From the IMG/VR virus record IMGVR_UViG_3300011115_001056, positions 32,001 through 96,000 of that record: DNA of 64,000 bases. One strand, written 5' to 3'. Position 1 is the stretch's first letter; the number at the start of each line of letters is the position of its first letter. This stretch comes from a virus. Position numbers and translations under genes: made by a program. Below, piece by piece: positions 18,694 to 30,025 of the stretch. Under the pieces are notes generated by a model, which saw only the letters and a program-made list of their open reading frames with translations, searched no databases and was not told where the DNA came from.

Positions 18694-21027
18694 ATGAGTG
18701 TTCCATTTTATTTCAGAGAAGCAAGAATATTCAGCGTTGATACTGTCAACTTCACCTGTTCGCTTATTTATGGAGATTTAAATTCTGGTGAGATTTCTCA
18801 TGGAGTTCCCATGCCAAATCTTATTGGGTCTGGAAATTCAGGAGTTATCTCTAACCTTCTTCCTGGAACCAGTGTTATTGCAGCTTACCTTCACGATACA
18901 TCTAGAGAGACCGTAGTCATTGTTGCTGTTTTGCCATCAACTCTTCAAAAAAATTCTGATTATAACAGTACCTCTAATTTTTTAATTGATAAAAACAAAG
19001 GAACTGTAGCTTATCCAAAAACTCTTGGCATTGGTGATACTTATATTTCAGCACATACAGGCCCTCATATCTGGCTCAAAAGTGATAATTCACTTCATCT
19101 TTCATCTAAGGATGGAAATGGTATATTCTTAATTCCAAATCAATCTGGAGTTAGTAACTTATTTCAGCTTTCACATAATCATTCTACTGAGGGATCTGGA
19201 GGAAGATTAAGCTGGGGGAGAATAAAGAGAAGTTTCAATAATCTAGGATGGAGTACTTCCAGGCCCTTTAATACTGATCTTACTAGAGACTCTAAGCTAA
19301 GAGAGGTAGGATTTTGGCAGGGAGAGGGTATTTCAAATATCAGTACGACTGTAGGGCTAAGAAACCCTGCGCTATCAGAATATAAATTAATTATAAATGA
19401 ATTTGCCACAGAATTTGGATTTTCTGGATTTGATAAAGAATTAGAAAAAACAGATAATATCTATGCGGCAATAAAAAAATATCCAAATAGATTAAGAGAT
19501 AGAGAGTCAGGAAATGCTTTAAAATTATCAGAAGGAGAGTTAATAGAGATTATTGCCGGAAATCTTGCAGACATCGACGGCTTAGTGTTGGATCTTAATT
19601 ATAATCCGGTTTTTTATGATTTAAAAATTCCATCCGTAAATAGAGATGAGAAGATTGAAGAAGCCATCAGAAAGAGTAGGCGAGGAATTGGATATCACTT
19701 TAAGCTATCAACAAATACAAAATCTACCGACGTATCTACTAGCTCTAAAGATTTTATATTTGATGTAGACAAAGAGGGAATTTTAAAAGTAAATATTCCA
19801 AAATCAACCGGAACTGGAAACATTCCCTATGTAACTGATGTTAATTTTCAAAAAAATAATGATGGAAGGGTATTGGGCATAGCCGCTGCAAATGCCGCTG
19901 TTAAAGAAAAAATACCAGTAAATATAAGAGATCGGAATGGAAAGCCAGTAGATCAGAAGCCACCAGGAACCATCCACAGGAAGACTGGAGTACGATTTGC
20001 AAACACAACTAATGATGCTTATTTCCCAACATCTGATGATAGCGTTAAAGATACGGTTAGAATAAATACCACCAAACATCACAACATCTACGCTGCGGCA
20101 GAACGTCTTATTGCCAATCATGTCACTAAAATTCAAATTCCGGCCGCATTTTCTAGAGAAAAGTACCTAACAGGTAATGGAATTAGTATAGGGCCTATTC
20201 CTGATATTCCATCTAGTATAGATTCATATTCCCTAAATTCTACATTTGAGATGAGATTCCAGCCTAGCGAAATCCCTGCTGATGCAAATGACCCAAACAA
20301 CAAATCTAACGTTACAAATAACTTTTACTCTACTGTGCAAGTTTCTCCAAAATCTCCAGCAATTTCAACCGGAGGAGATACTGTAGTTGCAGGAAATATT
20401 TACAGCTCGGATGATGCACTTCAGCCATTAATTAGCAATTATTTTAAGACAGAGTCTGGACCAAACGGAATAAACGTAACTCCAGATAAAACATTTGATA
20501 ATGTAGTAACTCATGGAGGCGTAAGTGCCAATATGAATTTAGAGGGAAGCTTAGAGCTATCCGTTGGAAAGGATAATGTAGATAGCAAAAGCATAGTTCT
20601 AGATACTGCAGGATCACTTGTAATGTGGCTTGGAAAAGATAAAAATAATAGAAGTATGATTTTTCAATCAGATGGCGATGTTTTAGTAAACGTTGGTGGC
20701 TCATATAATCAGTCCAGTAATCCATCTGTTGACCCGACCTTTAATTCGGGAAGATTTGATCTCAGAGTTAACGTTGTTGATAAGGGATTTTGGGATTCTG
20801 ATGGGAATGCAAAAAAGGAAGCTCCATTTAGCTCAGATTATCTAATCTCAATTAGTGAAAATGGCTTAGTTATATCGGGTATGAAGGCAGGAGCACCAAT
20901 GGTAATCAGAAATGATGGCCCGGTAATGATGGAGAGTGCTAGCAGCAAACTGATCTTAAAAGGATTACAAGTTGAAATTGTTGAATTTGGAAAACTACCA
21001 TCTGATGGTGGCAGAAGTAAACAATAA
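18694..21027 (+). CDS. Baseplate central spike (gp5/gpV-like)
   Basis: N-terminal OB-fold-like ARIFSVDTVNFTCSL...VPMP..GSGNSGV...PGTSVIAAY; C-terminal beta-strand repeats (LEGSLELSVGKD, TAGSLVMWLGKD, SDGDVLVNVGG); follows the hub. Confidence 0.65.
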   Translation: MSVPFYFREARIFSVDTVNFTCSLIYGDLNSGEISHGVPMPNLIGSGNSGVISNLLPGTSVIAAYLHDTSRETVVIVAVLPSTLQKNSDYNSTSNFLIDKNKGTVAYPKTLGIGDTYISAHTGPHIWLKSDNSLHLSSKDGNGIFLIPNQSGVSNLFQLSHNHSTEGSGGRLSWGRIKRSFNNLGWSTSRPFNTDLTRDSKLREVGFWQGEGISNISTTVGLRNPALSEYKLIINEFATEFGFSGFDKELEKTDNIYAAIKKYPNRLRDRESGNALKLSEGELIEIIAGNLADIDGLVLDLNYNPVFYDLKIPSVNRDEKIEEAIRKSRRGIGYHFKLSTNTKSTDVSTSSKDFIFDVDKEGILKVNIPKSTGTGNIPYVTDVNFQKNNDGRVLGIAAANAAVKEKIPVNIRDRNGKPVDQKPPGTIHRKTGVRFANTTNDAYFPTSDDSVKDTVRINTTKHHNIYAAAERLIANHVTKIQIPAAFSREKYLTGNGISIGPIPDIPSSIDSYSLNSTFEMRFQPSEIPADANDPNNKSNVTNNFYSTVQVSPKSPAISTGGDTVVAGNIYSSDDALQPLISNYFKTESGPNGINVTPDKTFDNVVTHGGVSANMNLEGSLELSVGKDNVDSKSIVLDTAGSLVMWLGKDKNNRSMIFQSDGDVLVNVGGSYNQSSNPSVDPTFNSGRFDLRVNVVDKGFWDSDGNAKKEAPFSSDYLISISENGLVISGMKAGAPMVIRNDGPVMMESASSKLILKGLQVEIVEFGKLPSDGGRSKQ

Positions 21028-21063
21028 TTTCTATTTGTTGAAGATAAGTAGGTAGGTAATAAA

Positions 21064-24000
21064 ATGTCAGACATAGTTCCTAAAATATCACAAAATCTTT
21101 TTAATTCATTGGTTCAAATAAAAGAACCTAGTGCAAGATATTTGATAGATCCTTGTGTAGATGTAATAAAAACAGACAGTGCAGAGCTAGCTGTTTTATT
21201 TCCTACTACTTCTGATTCCACAAAGAAAACAGTTCCTGCTATGGGCGGTTCAATTGTAAAGATATCACTAGGCTCTACCACAAAAACAGATGAAGAAAAG
21301 AGAAAATATGCAGCATATTTAGAGAGAATAAACGACAAAGAATTATCGCTATTTAATAGCGAAACTATTGAAAAGATGGAGAAAGAAAGTACATCTTCTC
21401 TTAGGGTAAATATTAGCCGCCTTTTTATTGAGGCAATATCTTCCGATCTCAATATAGACGGAATCCCAAACCTGTATCTATCATCAACAATAGAAGAAGT
21501 GGCTCTTCTTGATAAGAAGACAGATTATTATGGAGTAATCAGAAAGAATGCAAAATTTGCTTTCATTCCAATCGAAGCAATAACCGAAGTACTAAAGGAT
21601 ATATCTAGAACAACTTTAAATGGAGATCCAAAGAGATCTACTATGGGTGCTTGGTCAGGTCTAAGTGGAAGAAAATATTCTTCCAAGGACCCCTCAGAAA
21701 CGGATAAAAACTTAGGGCTTTATGAAATAGCTGTCTCAACTTCGCCAAGTGATGAGGATATTTCTTGTTTAATAATGGATATGCTTCCATTTTTAAACCT
21801 ATCCGAAACAGAAATGTTGGAAGACCCGGTTACTCCAGTATTGGGCGGTTACTTCACAATAATTAATGATAATATTTATCTTAAAATGCCAGATTTTAGT
21901 GGAGTAGACTCTGCAGGATACAGCAGCGATTATATTACTAATTCTGAACTAAATTTCTTATTTCAATTAGTGCAAAAAGAAAAAGGCATTTATTCTGTTA
22001 AAAATATTGAGTTAAAAGCATATATTCCAATCTCTGCAGATATAATTGATTATCCAGAAGATTATTTCTTAAACAGTGGTGAAGAATTTTCAATTACCTT
22101 TAGTGCAAATGAAAAACCAACTAATGTTTTTCTTAGTCCAGCAATTGAGGATAATGTAAAATTAAAAAATAGTTTCTTTAAAGGAATTTCAGCATCCAAA
22201 TCTGGAAGCTTTATAGAATTTAATCCATATCCAAATCCATTTGTATCAATTTTTGATAATGATTTAATTATCAAAGAGAATAGTCCTGTTCCAAGCCTCA
22301 GCCATGCATCGCGCATTGATCAGCCATATTATAATGTTTCTTTTTCTAATTTACAAAAAATAAGAAAAGAGATTGACTCTAAGTATAATAAAAGTCTTGA
22401 TAAAGTAGGAGCAATTGGAAAATATATTCAGAATATATCTCCAGATCCAAAAAGAAAGATTATAGTAACTGATGATCCAAAGAGTTTTTTTTCAATAGGA
22501 TTTCCATTTGATCAGGACTTATTAAAATCAAAGGAATCCGGTGGTGCGGCTGGACAGACCCTATCTGCTTATGAATTTTCTGGAAATTTGTCAAGACAAA
22601 ATCTAATACTTCACAATGGATTTCCTGCAAATTCTGGAGATGAGGAATCAACAGGTAAAAGCGGAAATAATTCAAAATATTTTAAAAAGAATTTTATTGC
22701 CAATTCAATAGGACTATGTGAAAATTATAGACCGAGAGTATTTACTACTCCGAAAAATTTTATTCCGTCTACCTGGATAAAGTCAACAAATATTGTGGCA
22801 GAAGGTGATTCTTTTATAGCAAAATTCTCAGTAGCTGATATTAAAAAGTTTTATTCAGATACTGCCACAAATATGAAATTTGTAGTATATGCTGATGATG
22901 GGCATAACCAAATTTCAAAATTTGAAAATGGATATCTTTCAATAGTGGTGGAGGCTCCAGAGATAGAAGTAATAAGTCCAGATGGAACTAGGGCTGATGC
23001 TACAATTATAAAATGTGATAATTCTTCATTTTCGGGAAGTAGTCTTATCTCTATATACACTTCATCTGCACAATATATTGACTCTATAAAGATAAACGGA
23101 GTTGAAATCAAAAAGGGTTTTGATGTATTTTCTGGTTGGGAGGCGGTTGGTTCCAACATTATATTTTTGTTTATTCCATGTATATCTGGAATAAATGAAG
23201 GTATTGCTGAAATAATAATATCTCAAGGTTCTGTTTCTTCTGCTCCATATAAAATATATATAGCGAACGGATTTGACACCACCATTGATACCTCAGAGAT
23301 AAGTGATCTTCCAGATACAATTGCGGGAATATCTGATTTTTCAGCAGATGAGGTTAATTCAGAGAATCTGTTTATTACCGGACCAAATTATGAAATACCC
23401 ATATGCTATAATGATCCTAGAGCAAAAATTCAAATAAAAAGCAAAAAGAAAATTTTTAAAGATGGAAGAATTATATATCTTTATCTTGCTTTTGAATCAG
23501 AAGATATTGCAAAAAAATTCTCTCAAAATAATGTTTCGCTTAGCAATGAACTTTGGGTTGCTAAAGACTTTTCCTATGAGCTATCAAACTCTTTACTTTC
23601 AGATTTTTATAGAAAAAGTAAAAAGAAGGCAGAGTTATTTTTTCCAGGAAATGAACATTCCACTAAGCCTTTGAGCTTACTATATTCTGGAATATCAAAA
23701 GCTTATCTGGTATTGTCAACCAAGAGTCCTTCTGAATTTTCAATTACCGATAACTTAGGAATTCTTCAACTAGGAGACTCAACCCATAATGCATTTTTTG
23801 AACCACCACTAGTAGTTGGGATGGCGGCAAGTTTTTATGACGGCAGATCTGCAAATCATCTTGATAACTTTAATTCAAACGAATATAAAAGTATTGCAAA
23901 TAAAATATTAAAAAAAGAAACTAATATATCTGATTTAAAAATTTCAGAAATTAACATTTTTGATAAATTTAAAAAACTTATAGTTCTTTTTAAATATAGA

Positions 24001-27000
24001 GAGCTTAAAAAATTTAAAAAGAAATACTTTAACTTATATATAAAGAGCGTAAAGGTATCAAAATCATTTTCTTTAGAAGGAATAAAAAAAGTATCTGATT
24101 TAGACTTGTCGCCAGTTGAAATTTTAGATTCAAAAGGACTATATTACTTTGTAATTAGCAATGTAAATATTTCAACCAGTGAGCCTGCGGATGTTAGGAT
24201 TGATATTTCTGATCGTGATTTTTCAGTAAAAAATTCTACTCAAAATAAATATATAGATTATTCCTTAAGAATTTCATCTTCTCTAATCTCTAAAAGTTCT
24301 TCTCCGGATAGTCAGTCTGTATATATCAACGATAGTTCTCAGCAGATAGCTGCTCAGAAGGATGGTGTAGGAAGCCTTTTTGGTCCATATGGATCTGATA
24401 AAGCTCTAACTGGATTTTTTATAAATGATTTTACTGGCAATATACTTAACTTTGTAACCTACTCAAAAGTAAGGGTAAGCTCTAGTATTTCAGGAAAAAT
24501 ATCAGCAATAAAAGAACCCTCTAGTTCAGATAAGGTTGTAGATTTATTAAAATATTCTGATTCTAATTTAATCTCAGAATTACCAAATTCTTATTTGACA
24601 ATAACCTCTGGATCAGAAGTTTACTCAAATCAATATATCGAAGGAAGTGAAGATTATTTAATATTCTTAAGGCTTCAGGTTAGTGATATATGTAAGATTG
24701 GAGTTTTAACTCCAAAGATTATAGCTATATCAACAAACGTTCTGATTCCTGGAGATAGAATTATCCTAACTGCAGAAAATATATTGGAAACTTTTGTAGT
24801 TGAAATATCGGGAACACAGGCAAAAACGGTTGGAATAAATAAAATTAGTCCTACCATCTCAGAAATATCCATAATTGTTCCAGAGGGAGTTCCTAATTTA
24901 GTCTCTATTGTTGAGTGTGGTTGGTTAATATATAACGGAAATAATGTATTAAACCGTGGCATTAATGAGCTTGGTAAGCAGATGACCGACACCCTCGAAA
25001 GGGCTGCGGCAGGAGCTTTGGCAGAAATAACCAATCAATTTAATGGATGGAAAGATAAGCTATTAGCGCGCCCGCTCAAGTTTATTGGAACACTTATGGA
25101 TAGGGCAAATATCGCAAAAGAATTTATTACAAGTTTTTGTAATTTTTCATTTAAGATAGTTTGTGACTTAAACATAAATCTTCAGGGATTTTCTCAATTA
25201 TTAATTCCAATTAAAGTCTTATTATGCCTTATTGATGTAATTTGTAATTTATTTAATCCATTTCAATTACCATTTGCAATCATAAGATTGTTCGAATGTC
25301 TTTATGACTTAATTTTATTACTTCCACAAATTTCTATTCCTGTAATGTTCTTTAATTTATTGATTCATTTATTAGATCTTTTAGAGTGTTTGATAGTAAA
25401 AATTTTAAACTTATTTATTGTAATAAATCTTTTTATTGATGCAATAGTTGCGATTCTTGCAAACCCTGAAAACATAAGTTTTAGAGATCTGATGGTTCTA
25501 GAAGAATTGTTACTTAAGTACGTAGTTTCGGTAGAAGCAGATCTTGAACTTTTAGCTCCAGTAATTCAAGTAATAGCAATCTTCCTTCAATTGTTACAGC
25601 TAACTTTTAGATTTCCATGCTCAATTAATCCCAATTCAATAAGTGCACCCTGTGGTATTGATGGATTTGAGGTTGGAGCTATGGTCAGCGGAATGATAGC
25701 AGAAAAGACTGGAACCGAACCTCATGCTAACTATATTTTCAAAAAGGAATATCTTATTCCTATTTCTCAGCCATTTACAAAGATTGATTCTAAGATTGCA
25801 ATTCCACCATCTTATGACAATGCAACGGAACCAGTCCGCGGATCAATTGCTTTTGATGGAACAGATGCTGTAGAAGGAAATCTTTATGACCTATCTTATT
25901 TTAATTCAGACTCACTAAGGAAAAAAAACTCTAGCTTTAATCCAGAAACAGATGATATAAAAGATATTACGACTGATACCTATATTTCTTTGTCTGCCTC
26001 TTATACAAAAAGAAGAAAGACATTTGAATCGGTACAAAGTGTAATCTTTAAATTCAATACAAGGACTTGGAAGTCGGCAATTCTTCCCAATATTTTTGAT
26101 CAGCAAGTAATAGACGAAACGAAAGGATTTGATACTCCAGTTGTTCTTCTTTCAAAAAACTCTGAAAGTTTATATGTTGCAAATAGTTCTTCATATGGAA
26201 GTTTCTATAGTCTTTTGGATGGAAAAGAAATGATGACCACTCCTATAGATGGAGTGGCCTCAATAGTTCCGTTGACGCTAGATATCGTTCAAGATGGAGT
26301 TACGGTACAAAGGATATTCAATACAATTCCATCCATGTTACTTTTAGATGAAGAGTTTAATGTTTATGTAGTAAATGAGGGTGGAATAATCTTTGGAGAA
26401 TATAAAGATCTTGACGGAAATATTGTTACTGGAATTACTGAAATTAGAGCAACCGTAATTAACAAGCAGTCCTCAACTCCAGATGCCTTTGATAAGGAGG
26501 ATGAAGTTATTGGAACTGACCCCGAAGCTGATGAGGATGGCGTTGTACCAGCCGATGCAGTACCAGTTACAAAATCAATCTTTTCCCTCCCACAGCTTTA
26601 TTTTGTTGATACTAGAGTTGCCGCAGAGTCAATTCAGGCAAAATGCGAAACATCTTCTATCAATCAGATTCCTCTCGATCTTTCTGGTGACGGAGGAATA
26701 GGTGAGGTCGAAAAAATGTCAGGATGCTTAAATGATTTCTTATCCTCAATAACAAGTCAAACCAATCAAATTAAATCTGACCTATCGTTAGGAAAGGTTC
26801 CATCTAAAGTATCAGAAGAAAAAGTTTCTGCTGCATACGGAGTTCTAGTTAGCTGTACTAATGATAGTATTAACAATATATGTTCGATTGTAGTTAATCC
26901 ATTAAATACATCTTTCTTTCTGCTTGCAGATGACGATGAGACCCCTATCCTTCCCGATACTTCTCTTTCTGTGGAAATCCTATCTGGGTTCCAGGCCTCA

Positions 27001-27567
27001 GGTCCAGTATTTACAGGAGCCAGAGAATACGCCGCAGGAATAGGTGATGCAGCAACAGTTACTATTGGAAATCTAGCAATCGTTGAGATTATTCCTAGAG
27101 ACAGTTATGACAATCTTATTTATTATGATCTTTCCTCAAAGATAAGAATTGAAATTATTTCTGACTCTACAGAGAGTGCAGAAATTAAATTATCACCTAC
27201 CGATGCTAATGATCAAAATTATTTAGTTTATAATGAAGTAACAAAATCTTATACTGCCAGCATAATTGCAAAAAATCCTGGAGAAGTAAAGATTAAGGCC
27301 TCAATCTGTAATAACCCAATCCAGGCACTAACCTATAGCGATCTTTTGGTTGATGATGGATCTGGAGAGGTTGGCTGCGTTCCTGACTCCAACAATACAG
27401 CTCCTGATTCTGGAAACAACCCCCTTGGTGCCCTTGCCAGAATAAATAGGGTTCTAACGATTACATTTGTTTCTCCAGAATTGGTACAAACAATAATAAC
27501 TGACTTTGGAATGGGCGACACCATAATTACTCAGCCGCAACTATTTGGAACTAATCTGGAGAATTAA
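21064..27567 (+). CDS. 2167-aa baseplate-associated protein with IPT/TIG-like and filamin/invasin-like Ig domains and a long hydrophobic helical segment
   Basis: APEIEVISPDG and TPKIIAIS..LIPGDRIILTAEN...ISIIVPEG (IPT/TIG-like); VEIIPRDSYDN...YTASIIAKNPGEVKIKASI (filamin/Big_1-like); Leu/Ile/Cys-rich stretch encoded at about 25190-25620. Confidence 0.55.
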   Translation: MSDIVPKISQNLFNSLVQIKEPSARYLIDPCVDVIKTDSAELAVLFPTTSDSTKKTVPAMGGSIVKISLGSTTKTDEEKRKYAAYLERINDKELSLFNSETIEKMEKESTSSLRVNISRLFIEAISSDLNIDGIPNLYLSSTIEEVALLDKKTDYYGVIRKNAKFAFIPIEAITEVLKDISRTTLNGDPKRSTMGAWSGLSGRKYSSKDPSETDKNLGLYEIAVSTSPSDEDISCLIMDMLPFLNLSETEMLEDPVTPVLGGYFTIINDNIYLKMPDFSGVDSAGYSSDYITNSELNFLFQLVQKEKGIYSVKNIELKAYIPISADIIDYPEDYFLNSGEEFSITFSANEKPTNVFLSPAIEDNVKLKNSFFKGISASKSGSFIEFNPYPNPFVSIFDNDLIIKENSPVPSLSHASRIDQPYYNVSFSNLQKIRKEIDSKYNKSLDKVGAIGKYIQNISPDPKRKIIVTDDPKSFFSIGFPFDQDLLKSKESGGAAGQTLSAYEFSGNLSRQNLILHNGFPANSGDEESTGKSGNNSKYFKKNFIANSIGLCENYRPRVFTTPKNFIPSTWIKSTNIVAEGDSFIAKFSVADIKKFYSDTATNMKFVVYADDGHNQISKFENGYLSIVVEAPEIEVISPDGTRADATIIKCDNSSFSGSSLISIYTSSAQYIDSIKINGVEIKKGFDVFSGWEAVGSNIIFLFIPCISGINEGIAEIIISQGSVSSAPYKIYIANGFDTTIDTSEISDLPDTIAGISDFSADEVNSENLFITGPNYEIPICYNDPRAKIQIKSKKKIFKDGRIIYLYLAFESEDIAKKFSQNNVSLSNELWVAKDFSYELSNSLLSDFYRKSKKKAELFFPGNEHSTKPLSLLYSGISKAYLVLSTKSPSEFSITDNLGILQLGDSTHNAFFEPPLVVGMAASFYDGRSANHLDNFNSNEYKSIANKILKKETNISDLKISEINIFDKFKKLIVLFKYRELKKFKKKYFNLYIKSVKVSKSFSLEGIKKVSDLDLSPVEILDSKGLYYFVISNVNISTSEPADVRIDISDRDFSVKNSTQNKYIDYSLRISSSLISKSSSPDSQSVYINDSSQQIAAQKDGVGSLFGPYGSDKALTGFFINDFTGNILNFVTYSKVRVSSSISGKISAIKEPSSSDKVVDLLKYSDSNLISELPNSYLTITSGSEVYSNQYIEGSEDYLIFLRLQVSDICKIGVLTPKIIAISTNVLIPGDRIILTAENILETFVVEISGTQAKTVGINKISPTISEISIIVPEGVPNLVSIVECGWLIYNGNNVLNRGINELGKQMTDTLERAAAGALAEITNQFNGWKDKLLARPLKFIGTLMDRANIAKEFITSFCNFSFKIVCDLNINLQGFSQLLIPIKVLLCLIDVICNLFNPFQLPFAIIRLFECLYDLILLLPQISIPVMFFNLLIHLLDLLECLIVKILNLFIVINLFIDAIVAILANPENISFRDLMVLEELLLKYVVSVEADLELLAPVIQVIAIFLQLLQLTFRFPCSINPNSISAPCGIDGFEVGAMVSGMIAEKTGTEPHANYIFKKEYLIPISQPFTKIDSKIAIPPSYDNATEPVRGSIAFDGTDAVEGNLYDLSYFNSDSLRKKNSSFNPETDDIKDITTDTYISLSASYTKRRKTFESVQSVIFKFNTRTWKSAILPNIFDQQVIDETKGFDTPVVLLSKNSESLYVANSSSYGSFYSLLDGKEMMTTPIDGVASIVPLTLDIVQDGVTVQRIFNTIPSMLLLDEEFNVYVVNEGGIIFGEYKDLDGNIVTGITEIRATVINKQSSTPDAFDKEDEVIGTDPEADEDGVVPADAVPVTKSIFSLPQLYFVDTRVAAESIQAKCETSSINQIPLDLSGDGGIGEVEKMSGCLNDFLSSITSQTNQIKSDLSLGKVPSKVSEEKVSAAYGVLVSCTNDSINNICSIVVNPLNTSFFLLADDDETPILPDTSLSVEILSGFQASGPVFTGAREYAAGIGDAATVTIGNLAIVEIIPRDSYDNLIYYDLSSKIRIEIISDSTESAEIKLSPTDANDQNYLVYNEVTKSYTASIIAKNPGEVKIKASICNNPIQALTYSDLLVDDGSGEVGCVPDSNNTAPDSGNNPLGALARINRVLTITFVSPELVQTIITDFGMGDTIITQPQLFGTNLEN

Positions 27568-29540
27568 TGGCAACAACTGATCGAGATACAGGAAATCTAT
27601 TTGAAGGATTAATTAGTGGAGAAGACGAGGCAAAAAGTCTAGTAACTGCCTTTTCAAATAAAAATATACAGATTGTTAGCCCTACTGTTGCCGGACTTTT
27701 ATCTGGCTTTGATCTACCAACACTTAACAGCTTTAGGCTTAGTGGTTGTGATATTGATTTTGAAAGTAACATAATTACAAATACTGAGGGAATAAAGATT
27801 GATTTAAGCTCTGTATTAAATAACAACATTGATAATAAAGAATCAGAGTCAGCAAAAGAACCGGAATTTATTTTATCTTTAGTTTCTTTTTCTGAAAAAG
27901 TAAAAGAAATGAGATCATCTTTTTTACCATCTGAACTTTATAATGGGGCAACCAAAACATCTGAAAGTTTTAATAATATATCTGAATTGGAATCTTATGA
28001 AAATGCATTTATGAGAATGTTAGGTATGCCAGACGATAGAGATGTCGGAAGTAGTACTTCCTCTAGTGGAAGCGAAACTTTTGATTCTTCTATTAAAATA
28101 ATTTATGCAAGTCCAAAAGATACTAACGGTCAGCTTCTTAAAAAAATTGCTACAATTGGAGAGATAACCGGAGAAGTACCTCCTACTAGTGATCGATTTG
28201 CAGATATAATTGCAGAGAGACAGAGAATACCTAGTTCTAGTAGTGGCTGGGGAAGATATTTTGATTTTGGTAATGTATTAGTAACGGCCATTCAAAGTGA
28301 GGAATATGCTAAATCAACTAAAAAAAAGATTGAGGAGGCAGGGTCCGAAGGAACAGTCATTGCTCCTAAGGATATTGCATTAAATTATTACGAACCAAAC
28401 CATCTGCTTAGATTTTATTATTTAAAGTCTGTTCCAATTCAAAGCTCTAAAATTTATGCATGTGTTTCAGAAACTCAAAAAATAGTTTCAAAACCTTTTG
28501 ATGCTAGTTCTTTCTCAAAGATTAATGGAGCAAAACCAAAAACTAGTTTGCTTGAAACTATAATAAGACTTAGATTAGATAGGATTACTGGTTCTCCAGG
28601 AATATATTCAACCACCTCAAATGAAAAAGACACGAATGGAAGCAGTCCAGTTACAATTGTCTCTGCGGAAAATTTAGGTAATGATAACCTAACTCAAGTT
28701 GAATGCTTTCTTCTTCAAAAATTAAGAAAAATATTAATTGAGCTATCAAAAAAATATATTATAGATATAAAATTATCGGCTGAACGTCAGACCAGAGAAA
28801 TTGAAGAAAAAAAACCTCAAGATACCCCCCAAGGTGGTTCAGATAATAAAGATGTTGGAACTTTAAAATCAGAGTTATCTAATCTTGAAATATTAAAGGC
28901 AAGAGAGGATGCAATTTTATTCTTATTGAAAGACACATCCTCATCATATGACAATAGCAATTATGGTAGCCTCTATTCTTCTATGGATCTTCAGCAGGGA
29001 ACGATTAGGACATCTTCTGGATTTGATGACGCATTGTCTGGCCCACTGTATTCTATTCTTTCTCAAAGATCAGAATATCTTAGTAAGAAAATAAAAGAAT
29101 TAAGTGAATCAATTGATAAAGCAAGTGTCAGCTCATCCAATACTACTGATGCTGCTGGTATAGCTTCAAATGCAGAAAAGGGAGACAGAACTTCTTATTC
29201 TTATCTGGGAGTTTGTTCTGAAGATTTTATTATTTATACAATGGCACTACTCTCATTAAACCAGGACTATTTAATTGGACTTTTACCACAAAAAAATAGA
29301 GTTTATTTAGCAAGAGTAATCTCTAATTCATCATTAAGCTCCAAAAAAGATCCCTATGGAATAATAGGGAGGGTTAATAAATCTGTTGAGAGTGGAGGAT
29401 TTCCATCTGTTGCAGACTCAGTAAATGCCCTATCGCTTTTGGTTTGTAAATTTTACTCTCTCTATATTTCGCTTATTAAAGATGAGCAGAAAACAGTTGT
29501 TGAGAAAATAGCTGAAAGACGTGCGGCGTCAACAACCTAA
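27567..29540 (+). CDS. Hypothetical protein in the baseplate module (657 aa)
   Basis: Long ORF coupled by a TAATG overlap; helical/coiled-coil character; no family recognised. Confidence 0.6.
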   Translation: MATTDRDTGNLFEGLISGEDEAKSLVTAFSNKNIQIVSPTVAGLLSGFDLPTLNSFRLSGCDIDFESNIITNTEGIKIDLSSVLNNNIDNKESESAKEPEFILSLVSFSEKVKEMRSSFLPSELYNGATKTSESFNNISELESYENAFMRMLGMPDDRDVGSSTSSSGSETFDSSIKIIYASPKDTNGQLLKKIATIGEITGEVPPTSDRFADIIAERQRIPSSSSGWGRYFDFGNVLVTAIQSEEYAKSTKKKIEEAGSEGTVIAPKDIALNYYEPNHLLRFYYLKSVPIQSSKIYACVSETQKIVSKPFDASSFSKINGAKPKTSLLETIIRLRLDRITGSPGIYSTTSNEKDTNGSSPVTIVSAENLGNDNLTQVECFLLQKLRKILIELSKKYIIDIKLSAERQTREIEEKKPQDTPQGGSDNKDVGTLKSELSNLEILKAREDAILFLLKDTSSSYDNSNYGSLYSSMDLQQGTIRTSSGFDDALSGPLYSILSQRSEYLSKKIKELSESIDKASVSSSNTTDAAGIASNAEKGDRTSYSYLGVCSEDFIIYTMALLSLNQDYLIGLLPQKNRVYLARVISNSSLSSKKDPYGIIGRVNKSVESGGFPSVADSVNALSLLVCKFYSLYISLIKDEQKTVVEKIAERRAASTT

Positions 29541-29577
29541 TAAAATAATTTAGCTATTAATATCTTTTAAAATAACG

Positions 29578-30009
29578 ATGTCATTTGATCTTAAAATAAA
29601 AAATGGTGATATAGTTCTTGATTCATCAGGACTGCTCTCCTCTGTTTCTGGAAATCAGAAAATTAGGCAGGATATTGTTAAAATATTACTTACGAAGTTT
29701 GGTGATAATAAATTTCATGTGAGATACGGCTCTGATATTGGAGCCTTAAAGATTGGCGAGGTTGCTGATCAAAAAATCATTGAAATGGATATAAAAAGAT
29801 CCGCCGAAGAAGCAATAAGATATCTTATTTCTTTGCAAAGATCTCAGGCAAGATTTCAATTTCTTTCTCTTTCTGAAGTAATTCTTGATATTTCTAATGT
29901 TGCAACCGAAAGAGATTCTGAAGATCCTAGACTATATAATATATTAATATCTGTTTTGACTCAAAAATTAGATATAATAGAGGAAGTTATTACTATTAGA
30001 ATAGTTTAA
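29578..30009 (+). CDS. Baseplate wedge / sheath initiator (gp25/gpW-like)
   Basis: DLKIKNGDIVLD...VSGNQKIRQDIVKILLT..G....H..YGS motif; immediately upstream of baseplate J. Confidence 0.85.
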   Translation: MSFDLKIKNGDIVLDSSGLLSSVSGNQKIRQDIVKILLTKFGDNKFHVRYGSDIGALKIGEVADQKIIEMDIKRSAEEAIRYLISLQRSQARFQFLSLSEVILDISNVATERDSEDPRLYNILISVLTQKLDIIEEVITIRIV

Positions 30010-30025
30010 TATGTGAGAGTTATAT

